Below, in pieces: positions 1 to 8,721 of a DNA stretch of 64,000 nt. The DNA comes from Candidatus Pelagibacter sp. (GTDB lineage Bacteria > Pseudomonadota > Alphaproteobacteria > Pelagibacterales > Pelagibacteraceae): the NCBI GenBank assembly GCA_045566995.1, contig JBJLDU010000009.1:50019-114018 (forward strand). The letters are read 5' to 3'. Each line of letters opens with the position of its first letter. The first letter of the stretch is position 1. A program made the translations under genes and the position numbers. The notes below the pieces were generated by a model. It did no database searches. It was not told the origin of the DNA and saw only the letters and a list, made by a program, of their open reading frames with translations.

Positions 1-896
1 TAAATTCCTTTTTGTAGATATAGTCTTGAACCAGCAATACAACTCTGTCCGCTAGCTCCAAATATTCCTGCAGTAATTCCATTAATAGCATTTTCTTGAT
101 GAGCATCATCAAATACTGCAACAGGACTTTTTCCTCCAAGCTCTAAGCTTACTTCTGATAAATTTTCTGCAGAATTTCTAATAATATGTCTTGCAGTTTC
201 GGGTCCTCCTGTAAAAGCAACTTTTTCAACTAAATTATGTGTAGTTAAAGCTTTTCCACATGGGTCTCCAAAACCAGTAATAACATTTACTACTCCTTTA
301 GGAATACCTGTTTCCTCTATCAATTTTGCAAATTCAAACATTACTGCTGGGGCAAGTTCAGATGACTTAATTACCACAGTGTTTCCCATTGCTAAAGCAG
401 GTGCAAGTTTTGTTGCTGTTAAAAACATTTGGGAATTCCAAGGTACTATTGCAGCAATAACACCAATAGGTATTCTTGAAGTTATAGCTTGAATATTTGG
501 TTTATCTATTGGTAGAACTGTGCCTTCAACCTTGTCTGCCATACCAGCATAATAATCATAGTACTCAGCAATATAATTTGCCTGTTTATTTGTTTCTCTA
601 TAAAGTTTTCCAGTATCTATAGTTTCAATTTTTCCAAGTAATTCTGCGTTATCTCTGAGCTTATTTCCAATAGCTCTTAGAAACTTTGCTCTTTCTCGAG
701 GTAAAATTTTAGGCCAATCTGCTTCAAAGGCTTTTTGAGCTGCTTTAACTGCTTTATCTACATCAGAAGCACTTGCCTCAGGAACAATTGCCCATGGTTT
801 ATTATCCTCCGGATTTAAAGTTTCAAAAGTTTTCTTAGTATCAGAGTCAACCCATTCTCCTCCTATGAACATTTTATATTTTTTTAATTCAGGCAT
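1..896 (-). CDS. Aldehyde dehydrogenase, TgnC-like (3' end runs off window start)
   Basis: Not in the ORF track; translated by hand from ATG at 896 (ATGCCTGA overlaps the upstream stop): MPELKKYKMFIGGEWVD...IVPWNSQMFL...AFTGGPETARHIIRNSAENLSEVSLELGGKSP...GQSCIAGSRL. ALDH catalytic Glu/Cys motifs are present and the sequence strongly resembles trigonelline-pathway TgnC as I recall it. Confidence 0.9.
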   Translation of the reverse strand, partial: MPELKKYKMFIGGEWVDSDTKKTFETLNPEDNKPWAIVPEASASDVDKAVKAAQKAFEADWPKILPRERAKFLRAIGNKLRDNAELLGKIETIDTGKLYRETNKQANYIAEYYDYYAGMADKVEGTVLPIDKPNIQAITSRIPIGVIAAIVPWNSQMFLTATKLAPALAMGNTVVIKSSELAPAVMFEFAKLIEETGIPKGVVNVITGFGDPCGKALTTHNLVEKVAFTGGPETARHIIRNSAENLSEVSLELGGKSPVAVFDDAHQENAINGITAGIFGASGQSCIAGSRLYLQKGI

Positions 897-1662
897 TCTG
901 TATATGATCTTTAATTGCTTTATTTACATCATATGGGCATTCAATACTACATAGATGTTTGCCTACAGGTATTATTTTTACTTCAGAGTTTTTAATTTTT
1001 TTACTCAGATTATCAGACATTTCTGGAGTTGAGCCGATATCACCTTCTCCAGTCATCACAAGTGTTTTAATATTAATATTTTCAAATTTTTCGTTATCTT
1101 TGTGATTTACAAACAACGAGTAAACTTTAATAAAGTTATCCATATTATTATTTTCAAGAATTTTCATAATTTTATCTGAAATTAGAGGATTTTTTTCAAT
1201 AAAATCCTTATTAAACCATCTTTTAAGTGCGTCTTTCGTCAATTTTTTATCTTTTTTTGTCTGTTCAAACCTTTCATTTACTATCTTCTGTTCGTTATCA
1301 GATCTATTAAATATTGAGCACAACAATGTTAGGGATTTCAATCTATCACTAAATCTCGTTGCAAAGTTTCTTGCAATCAAAGAGCCTATTGAAAATCCAA
1401 CAAGGTGAATTTTACTAAATTTTAATTCATCAATTAGATAAATAATTTGATCTGAAAAATCATCAAAACTTATTTTTTCTTTATTTAAATTAGTTTTGCC
1501 GTGTCCAAGGATATCATAAATTAAAACTGTATTATCAAATTCATTAATTTGTGGATCCCATATATTATGATCAAGACCCACACCATGAATAAATACTATT
1601 GGAATTCCTTCTTTTTGGTTTAGTTTATAGAATGTACCTTTAGAGTCTGTTGCATTGATCAT
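889..1662 (-). CDS. Alpha/beta hydrolase (enol-lactonase/TgnD-like)
   Basis: HGVG oxyanion motif, GFSIG nucleophile elbow, C-terminal His (GKHLC); lies between DUF1185 and ALDH genes. Confidence 0.85.
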   Translation of the reverse strand: MINATDSKGTFYKLNQKEGIPIVFIHGVGLDHNIWDPQINEFDNTVLIYDILGHGKTNLNKEKISFDDFSDQIIYLIDELKFSKIHLVGFSIGSLIARNFATRFSDRLKSLTLLCSIFNRSDNEQKIVNERFEQTKKDKKLTKDALKRWFNKDFIEKNPLISDKIMKILENNNMDNFIKVYSLFVNHKDNEKFENINIKTLVMTGEGDIGSTPEMSDNLSKKIKNSEVKIIPVGKHLCSIECPYDVNKAIKDHIQNA

Positions 1663-1664
1663 TA

Positions 1665-2252
1665 TTATTTTGGTTCAATGCCCATCTCCTTCATATCTTG
1701 GTACCTATCACCTGTTCTTGCATGAGCTCTACCTGTCGAAGCACCACCAATTGCAATAACAATTTCATCATCAAATGGAGCGTCGTGAATTGTAAACTCA
1801 TGTGTAAGATAATATGGTCTTAAACCAGAGTCGGTTTTGTGCATCATTGGAATAGATATTTTTGATCCAGCCGGACCTCTTGTATTCGTAAAACTTAAAT
1901 AAGAAGTTCCTCCAACAGCATCTCTGAACTTATTACCAAATCTTAATGTATGAATAAATGCTGATGCATGTTCTATTTCTCCATTCAGTCCAACCACACC
2001 TGCTTTCCCGTAAGCTAATATTTTATCAGGATAGCCTATTTCTTTTATAAGTTCAGGAACCAATAAATCTCCGAGTTTAGGAGCTAGATCTAAAATAATG
2101 GGTTTTAAGTCTTCCACAAAACCTTTTCCATCCCAAGGATTTTTAAAAACTGCAGCAACAGAAACCATCAAAACTGGCTCTTTAGCTTCTTTTCCACCTT
2201 CAATAAAAGTCTTATCTACAAATTTAGTAAACTTACGTAATTCTAATTTCAT
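1665..2252 (-). CDS. DUF1185 / 'amino acid synthesis' family protein (TgnF-like)
   Basis: AAVFKNPW, AYGKAGVVGLNGEIEHASA, IPMMHK, DAPFDDEIV and GRAHAR motifs typical of the AA_synth/DUF1185 family. Confidence 0.85.
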   Translation of the reverse strand: MKLELRKFTKFVDKTFIEGGKEAKEPVLMVSVAAVFKNPWDGKGFVEDLKPIILDLAPKLGDLLVPELIKEIGYPDKILAYGKAGVVGLNGEIEHASAFIHTLRFGNKFRDAVGGTSYLSFTNTRGPAGSKISIPMMHKTDSGLRPYYLTHEFTIHDAPFDDEIVIAIGGASTGRAHARTGDRYQDMKEMGIEPK

Positions 2253-3949
2253 TTTTTAACTCTATGTGTAAAGCTATCTCTCCTAAAACTGTATAACGCT
2301 TTTGGATCTACATCAACATCTATAACAACTGGTTTATTTACTTTTAATGCACTTTTTACTGCCTCATTAACTTCTGATAATTTTTTAACTTTAATTCCTT
2401 TAGCACCGTATAGTTTCGCAACTTCATCAAAAGGAGGACTTTGAATATCAGCTCCTAAATATCTTTCACCATAAAAATCTTTTTGATAAGCTTTTTCTGC
2501 TCCCCAACTCTTATTATTCATTACAATTGTAATTGTGTTTATGCCATGCTCTACCGCTGTACTTAATTCAGAAATAGTCATTCCAAATCCACCATCACCC
2601 ATTAAACTAACAACTGTTTTATTAGGTTTTGCAACCTTTATTCCCAAACCACATGCAAATGAGAAGCCTACTAAACCAAAATCAAGGGGTGTGAAAAGGG
2701 AAGGAGGATTGTAATATTCTAAAGCATCTGTTGCTTGAAGACAAAGTGTTCCAGCATCAAGTGTTATCGCAGTATTTTTCGGAAGTACTTTTCTTAATTC
2801 TCTGAATAGACCATTCGGTTGGATTGGAAAATTTTTTGACTTAATATTATCTCTATCTTTAAGAAATTTTGATCTCTCTAATAAAAAGCTATTTGTCCAT
2901 TCTTTGTAATTGAAAATTTTCTTTTGTTTTCTTAATTCAGCTAAAATTTGATCTGTCACAAGTGCAGCATCACCATGAATACCTACATTAATTGGAAAGT
3001 ATCTTCCTATCATTGTTTTTTCTAACTCAATTTGTACAATTTTTGCGTTTTTATTTATATTGTCATACGAATAGAAAGTGGAATTGAAACCAAGTCTTGT
3101 GCCAATTGCAATAATTAGCTCTGCCTCTTTGACTAATCTTGATGCAACAATATTTCCTCTAGGTCCCATTTGTCCAGCATTTAACTTATGACTAAAGGGA
3201 ATTGCATCTCCATGTCCCGCTGCAGTTACAATTGGAATATTTAAAAATTCAGCAAGCTTTGTTACAGACTTAAATTTCGAATTATATTTTATTCCTCCTC
3301 CAGCAACAATTACTGTTTTTTTTGAGTTGAGAATAAGTTTTATAGTTCTATCAATTGAATTCTTTTTACTTTTTAAGTCACTTTCAGCTTTATAGGATTT
3401 TTTATTTTCATTAATCTTAAACTTTGAAGTATCAGAAAGAACATTTCTTGGAAGGTTTATACAAACTGGTCCTCTGCGTGGTGACATTGCAAGGTTAAAA
3501 GCATCTCTAAAGGCCGTTGGTATATGACTTGCCTTTTTTACTGTCCATGTTTTTTTTGTTATAGGATCAAAAAGTGATTGTTGATCAAGTCCTTGAAAGG
3601 CATCCTCCATCTTATCTTTAGTAGAATATAAACCTGCAATAGATACTACAGGAGAAAATGCTGCTTTTGCTTGAGCAATACCTGTAACTAAATTAGTTGC
3701 TCCTGGACCGTTTTGTCCAGCAATTATTACACCTGGTTGATTAGAGGCTCTTGCATATCCATCTGCCATATGCGTTCCAGTTCTTTCGTCTCTTACACCT
3801 ATAAACTTGATTTTCTTTTCATGATATAATGCATCAAACATCTCCATTGTAGCTGAACCAATTAAGCCAAAGACATGTTTAACTTTTTCTTTTTTTAAGG
3901 ATTTCACTGCCGCTTGACCACCGGTCAAGGTATTCTTGGTCTTGATCAC
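2249..3949 (-). CDS. ThDP-dependent enzyme, sulfoacetaldehyde acetyltransferase (Xsc)-like
   Basis: GDGGFG...NN ThDP motif; Xsc-type signatures GSA, HMADGYAR, GQNGPG, WGAEK..Q.DFY and C-terminal FRRD. The GTG start overlaps the upstream TGA. Confidence 0.8.
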   Translation of the reverse strand: MIKTKNTLTGGQAAVKSLKKEKVKHVFGLIGSATMEMFDALYHEKKIKFIGVRDERTGTHMADGYARASNQPGVIIAGQNGPGATNLVTGIAQAKAAFSPVVSIAGLYSTKDKMEDAFQGLDQQSLFDPITKKTWTVKKASHIPTAFRDAFNLAMSPRRGPVCINLPRNVLSDTSKFKINENKKSYKAESDLKSKKNSIDRTIKLILNSKKTVIVAGGGIKYNSKFKSVTKLAEFLNIPIVTAAGHGDAIPFSHKLNAGQMGPRGNIVASRLVKEAELIIAIGTRLGFNSTFYSYDNINKNAKIVQIELEKTMIGRYFPINVGIHGDAALVTDQILAELRKQKKIFNYKEWTNSFLLERSKFLKDRDNIKSKNFPIQPNGLFRELRKVLPKNTAITLDAGTLCLQATDALEYYNPPSLFTPLDFGLVGFSFACGLGIKVAKPNKTVVSLMGDGGFGMTISELSTAVEHGINTITIVMNNKSWGAEKAYQKDFYGERYLGADIQSPPFDEVAKLYGAKGIKVKKLSEVNEAVKSALKVNKPVVIDVDVDPKALYSFRRDSFTHRVKK

Positions 3950-5115
3950 GATACTTTTTTAACTTCAGTATCTAGATCATCTTTAAAGTTAGGCATTACT
4001 TTTTCAGTGAATAGCTTAATACTTTTCATACAATCTTCATGTTTAACACCAGGAAAGTTAGACCAAACTTGAAGATTTTGAAGATTAAGCTCTGATTGAA
4101 GTTCTTTAATTTTATCTGTTACATATTCAGGAGTACCAAATAACATATTTCGCTTATGTAAAAACTCGTAATTAAGAAGATCCAATTTACCTTTTGTTTC
4201 AGGAAGCTCTTCGCCAGGATCCATGTGATTACCAAGACCTCTCCAATGACAAACCCATTTCATATAATTTACCATATGTTGGCCAGCTTTTTCTTTGGCC
4301 TCTTCCATGGTGTCAGCGACAAACATATCTCTAACGAGAGTAACGCCTTCACCTAAAGGAACATTTTTTTTAGTAACTTCAGATCTTTTATTTTTATAAG
4401 CTTCAAATCTTATTTTCAATGCTTTGACTGTAGGTATCCACATAATTACATTTATATTATTTTCCGCAGCCCACTCAATAGATCTTATACCATCAACAAC
4501 TTGATGTATTGGAGGGTGTGGATTCTGATAAGGCTTTGGAAGAACACTAATTTTTTTCATAGTGCTATCACTCATATTCATAAATTCTTCACTTGGCGGG
4601 CTCATGTCATGCTGCCAAACATAATTTGGTGATGGATAAGTATAAAATTCTCCGTCATGATTAAAAAATTTCTCTGACCATGCTTTTTTTAAAATTTCTA
4701 ATGTTTCAGCAAATAATCTAAAATTTTTTGCCTGATCTTTTAAATCTGCTTCTTTGTTTAAATTAATTGCTTCTCTCCCATAAACACCTCTTGCAACACC
4801 AACTTCTACTCTTCCTTTTGAAAGTTGATCAAGTGTAGCTATATCTTCTGCTAATCTTATTGGGTTATGAAAAGTTATTACGTTTGCTGCTTGTCCTATT
4901 CTTATATTTTTTGTTCTTGCTGCAGCATCTGCTCCTAGCATTAAGGGATTAGTACATGACTCCATTCCCTCATGGTTAAAATGATGTTCAGTAAACCAAA
5001 TTGAATTCCAATTGTTTTGATCACAATATTCTGTGATCTGTTTAGTTTCATCTAATAATTTGTGATATGGTTTGTGTGTCCAATTTGTAGTATTACAAAA
5101 ATAACCAAACTTCAT
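3946..5115 (-). CDS. Luciferase-like (LLM class) flavin-dependent monooxygenase
   Basis: WFTEHHF, PIRLAEDIATLDQLSKGRVEVGVARG and PKPYQNPHPPI motifs; strong RBS AAAGGAGG upstream. Confidence 0.9.
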   Translation of the reverse strand: MKFGYFCNTTNWTHKPYHKLLDETKQITEYCDQNNWNSIWFTEHHFNHEGMESCTNPLMLGADAAARTKNIRIGQAANVITFHNPIRLAEDIATLDQLSKGRVEVGVARGVYGREAINLNKEADLKDQAKNFRLFAETLEILKKAWSEKFFNHDGEFYTYPSPNYVWQHDMSPPSEEFMNMSDSTMKKISVLPKPYQNPHPPIHQVVDGIRSIEWAAENNINVIMWIPTVKALKIRFEAYKNKRSEVTKKNVPLGEGVTLVRDMFVADTMEEAKEKAGQHMVNYMKWVCHWRGLGNHMDPGEELPETKGKLDLLNYEFLHKRNMLFGTPEYVTDKIKELQSELNLQNLQVWSNFPGVKHEDCMKSIKLFTEKVMPNFKDDLDTEVKKVS

Positions 5116-5138
5116 TAAAGCCTCCTTTAAAAATTAAT

Positions 5139-5198
5139 TTAAAGACGACCGATCCCACTTTCGTATATGAAATTACGACGAGTTATGTATCGCTTTAT
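5139..5198 (-). promoter_or_regulatory. Candidate structured cis-regulatory RNA upstream of the LLM operon
   Basis: GC-enriched island (22 of 56 nt G+C over 5141-5196) in an otherwise A/T spacer. Nested stems: TCGTA/TACGA (5161-5165/5174-5178), CGAT/ATCG, and TAAAG-CGA/TCG-CTTTA. It ends about 14 nt before the RBS. Confidence 0.45.
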
Positions 5199-5216
5199 AA
5201 AATAATATTATTATTC

Positions 5217-6188
5217 TTACCTTTGATATTCAATGAATTTTTTAAGGGATTTATTAAGAAATTTATCGTATCTAATGCCGCTATTAGTAAGTTTTTTCTT
5301 ATTTAAAAATGAAAGATTCATTTTAAAGTCATATGAGGGTTCAAAAAAGAAAGGAACTGAAAGCCTTTTTTGCTTGTTCCATAATACCCTATGATTAGTT
5401 GCTTTGAACCTTCCCTTACTTAAATATTCAAGCGCTCTTCCAGTATTTACAACTAAAGCATTTTTATCAAAGGGAACATCATGCCATTTTTTTGTTTTAC
5501 GGTTTTGTACTTGTAAACCGCCTTTTTTGTTTTGGTAAAGTACTGTAAAAATACCACTATCTACATGTGTTTCACATCCAAGAGCAACCCCATCTTGTTT
5601 AGAAATTTCAACAGGCTTTGATTGATTTGGATAATAATTAAAACGTAATGTGCTAAGAGTTTTTAATCTTGAAAATACTTTTTTTGATATATCGGTATCC
5701 TTATTGTAAATTTTAATAATACTTTTAAAAAGAGTATCACTTAAGTTAAATATGTCATCATAATAGTCAGATAATTTAGAAATTGAATTTGTGGTAAATG
5801 ATTTTTTTATATTTATAAATTCGATGTACTCATTTTTTACTTTTATTGAATATTTTTTTGTTACTCTTAAATCACCTAAATCTAATCCTTCTTTGCCATT
5901 TACATCATCTGGAAAATACCCTCTATAAATATTTTTATTTTTTTTATTCCATTTTTTTGGAGCTAATTTAAGTTTATTTTTTTTATCAGATTTAAAAAAA
6001 TTTTCTCCAACTGTGCAAATTTTATTTATATTTTTTAATTTAATCCCATGTCCTATTATTTGAAAAAAACCAACGTCTAAACAAGCTTTCTCAATTTCTT
6101 TAACTATTTTAAGGCTAGTTTTTGAATTAAAATTTTTTCTAAGTATAGAAGAAATATTTATTGTTGGAATGTAATTTTTTTTTATCAT
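5217..6188 (-). CDS. Isopenicillin N synthase-family Fe(II)/2-oxoglutarate oxygenase
   Basis: N-terminal IPTINIS...ACLDVGFFQIIGHGI; HxD (HVD), distal His (ATNHRV) and RxS (RLS) motifs. Confidence 0.85.
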   Translation of the reverse strand: MIKKNYIPTINISSILRKNFNSKTSLKIVKEIEKACLDVGFFQIIGHGIKLKNINKICTVGENFFKSDKKNKLKLAPKKWNKKNKNIYRGYFPDDVNGKEGLDLGDLRVTKKYSIKVKNEYIEFINIKKSFTTNSISKLSDYYDDIFNLSDTLFKSIIKIYNKDTDISKKVFSRLKTLSTLRFNYYPNQSKPVEISKQDGVALGCETHVDSGIFTVLYQNKKGGLQVQNRKTKKWHDVPFDKNALVVNTGRALEYLSKGRFKATNHRVLWNKQKRLSVPFFFEPSYDFKMNLSFLNKKKLTNSGIRYDKFLNKSLKKFIEYQR

Positions 6189-7132
6189 CTATTAGGTGTA
6201 TCTGACGCAATCATTTGACCTCGAACTTTTTCTCTAAAGTAAATATACACACCTGCTCCAATAATTATTGATGCGCCAAGAAAAGTTCTAGGCACTGGTA
6301 TAGTTTCAAACAATATGTAACCAGCTATCATTGCAAAAACTATATACGAATATTCAAATAGAGATACTACCGAAGGGGAAGCAATACTATATGCGGTAAA
6401 TACACAAAAAAATGATATTGATGCAACAATACCCATTACAAAAACATATGGCCAAGAAACAGCTGGGTTTACAAACCATTCTCTAAAAATGAACTGCATT
6501 GTAGGGTCAGAAAAACTATTAAACTTTCCATCCCCACTTATTAAAAATATTATAACACTCGCAATTACTGCAAAAATATAAAGTAAAGTTAACTGAGTAT
6601 AAATATTATCTTTTTCAGATGTATATTTTGTAATTGTCATAGAGCATGCATAACAAAGTGAACATGCAACTGGTGCCAATTTAAAATAATTAAAGTCTTC
6701 TAAAGTTGGATTAAGTACAACTAAAACACCAATAAAACCTACGGTTATTGCACTCCATCTCCTAATACCAATTTGTTCTTTTAAAAATATCTTAGCAAAT
6801 ATTGACATAAAAAAAGGACACGAAAAGAATAATGCACTAACCATTGCTAAAGACATAAATGTCAATGAAATGTAAAAGAAACTAAATCCAAAGAAAAAGC
6901 AGATTACTCTTAATAAAGTCAATAAAGGATAATGAGTTTTTAAAGTAAATTTTTTTTTTGTTATTAAGAAAATAGAAATGAGAACTGTAGCTTGTACAAT
7001 AGTTCTACCAAGATATAGCTCAAATAAAGCAATCTCTTCAAATATATATTTTATAAGTGAGTCTTGGATTGAAAAAAAAGCCATCCCAATCATAATGAAA
7101 AGGATGCCTTTAGTATTATTATTTGCTTCCAT
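6185..7132 (-). CDS. DMT/EamA family transporter
   Basis: About 10 hydrophobic helices; FLKEQIGIRRW and SLFEYSYIVFA motifs. Confidence 0.85.
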   Translation of the reverse strand: MEANNNTKGILFIMIGMAFFSIQDSLIKYIFEEIALFELYLGRTIVQATVLISIFLITKKKFTLKTHYPLLTLLRVICFFFGFSFFYISLTFMSLAMVSALFFSCPFFMSIFAKIFLKEQIGIRRWSAITVGFIGVLVVLNPTLEDFNYFKLAPVACSLCYACSMTITKYTSEKDNIYTQLTLLYIFAVIASVIIFLISGDGKFNSFSDPTMQFIFREWFVNPAVSWPYVFVMGIVASISFFCVFTAYSIASPSVVSLFEYSYIVFAMIAGYILFETIPVPRTFLGASIIIGAGVYIYFREKVRGQMIASDTPNR

Positions 7133-7135
7133 AAG

Positions 7136-8716
7136 TTAATTCAAAATGAAGTCAGCAGCTCTCTCGCCTATCATTAATGTTGGTGCATTTAGATTTCCAC
7201 TTGTAATTTCTGGCATTACAGATGCATCCGCTACCCTTATATTCTCAAGACCATGAATTTTTAATTTTTCATCTACAACTGCCATATCGTCTATACCCAT
7301 CTTTAAAGTACATGATGGGTGATATGCTGTTTCTGCTTTTGACCTGATATATTCTTCAATTTCCTCGTCTGAATTTGCATTATCTCCTGGTCCAATTTCT
7401 TTACCAGCATAAGGTTTCATAGAATTTTGACCTAAGATTTTTCTTGCTACTCGAACACATTTTATTGTCTCTTTAAGGTCATATTCATCCTCCAAATAAT
7501 TAAATTGTATTTTTGGATAATCATAAGGGTCTGAACTTTTTAAAGTAATTTCGCCTCTGCTCTTTGGTTGGTTTAAACTTGCATGTAATTGGTATCCGTG
7601 TCTATCAGGATCTACTAAACCATGGTCTATTACAAATGCTGGGAAAAAATGAAATTGTATATTTGGATATTTTTTATCTGGAGATGATTTGCTAAATCCA
7701 CCTGCCTCTAAAAAAGAGGTAGAACAGGGCCCACTTTTGTTTAAGAACCACTGAATACCTACCTTTACCATATTAAATTTATTTACATATGAATATAATG
7801 TATCTGGAGTTTTACATTCTTGTTGAATATAGGTTTCTAAATGATCTTGTAAATTTTTTCCAACTCCTTTTGAATCATGAATAACCTCAATTCCTTTTTC
7901 TTTAAGATGATTGCTTGGACCAACACCTGATAACATTAATAATTGTGGAGAATTAATTGATCCACCACTTAAAATAATTTCTTTATTTGCGTAAATAGTC
8001 TTCGTTTCATTTTTTATTTTAACTTGAATTCCAATAGCTTTTTTGCCATCAAAAATAATCTTTTCTACAAATGACTCAGTAAATACTTTTAAATTTTCCC
8101 TGCTTTTAGCTGGTTTTAAATAGTATTTTGAAGCACTTGCTCTCTCTCCTTTATGAATAGTAACATCGTACATTCCAAAGCCTTCTTGGTCTTCTCCATT
8201 CATATCACTATTTATTTTATGTCCTGCCTCTTTAGCCGAGTCCAAAAAAGCTTTAAAAAGGGGATTTTTGTTATTTGATTGATTTACAGGCAATATACCT
8301 TTTCCACCTCTATAATTATTTTCTCCACCTGACCATGTCTCAATTTTTTTAAAAAAAGGTAAAACATTTTCGTAAGACCAATTTTTTAACCCAAATGAAG
8401 CCCATCTCTCATAATCATTTTTATTTCCTCTGACATAAACCATTCCATTATGCGCGGAACAACCACCAATCATCTTTCCCCTAGGACAAAATAATTTTCT
8501 ATTGTTTAAGTGTGGCTCAGGTTCAGAATAATATTTATAATTATATTTTGGGTCATGCATTGCATAAAGTATTGCAAGGGGCATGTTTACTTTCCATATA
8601 TCACTATCTTTACCAGCTTCAAAAATTGCAACGTTATTTTTACTTTGTTCAGTTAATCTATTAGCGAGAACACATCCTGCTGTACCTGCTCCAATTATTA
8701 AATAATCAAATTTCAA
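7136..8716 (-). CDS. betA: Choline dehydrogenase-like GMC oxidoreductase
   Basis: GAGTAG FAD motif, PRGK..GG.S..NGMVYVRG, NLQDHLE, ETAYHPSCT, GNLNAPT; TTG start. Confidence 0.8.
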   Translation of the reverse strand: MKFDYLIIGAGTAGCVLANRLTEQSKNNVAIFEAGKDSDIWKVNMPLAILYAMHDPKYNYKYYSEPEPHLNNRKLFCPRGKMIGGCSAHNGMVYVRGNKNDYERWASFGLKNWSYENVLPFFKKIETWSGGENNYRGGKGILPVNQSNNKNPLFKAFLDSAKEAGHKINSDMNGEDQEGFGMYDVTIHKGERASASKYYLKPAKSRENLKVFTESFVEKIIFDGKKAIGIQVKIKNETKTIYANKEIILSGGSINSPQLLMLSGVGPSNHLKEKGIEVIHDSKGVGKNLQDHLETYIQQECKTPDTLYSYVNKFNMVKVGIQWFLNKSGPCSTSFLEAGGFSKSSPDKKYPNIQFHFFPAFVIDHGLVDPDRHGYQLHASLNQPKSRGEITLKSSDPYDYPKIQFNYLEDEYDLKETIKCVRVARKILGQNSMKPYAGKEIGPGDNANSDEEIEEYIRSKAETAYHPSCTLKMGIDDMAVVDEKLKIHGLENIRVADASVMPEITSGNLNAPTLMIGERAADFILN

Positions 8717-8721
8717 GGTAT

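Noticed and set aside
2249-3949. Acetolactate synthase ilvB (also considered for 44610..46352)
   Set aside because: No ilvH/ilvC neighbours; motifs (QNGPG, WGAEK, FRRD) point to the Xsc family, and the second ThDP protein lacks ALS-specific features.
5217-6188. Beta-lactam or other secondary-metabolite biosynthesis (IPNS-like gene plus the beta-lactamase-fold gene at 29234)
   Set aside because: No NRPS/ACV synthetase is present; both are broad superfamilies and the context is catabolic.
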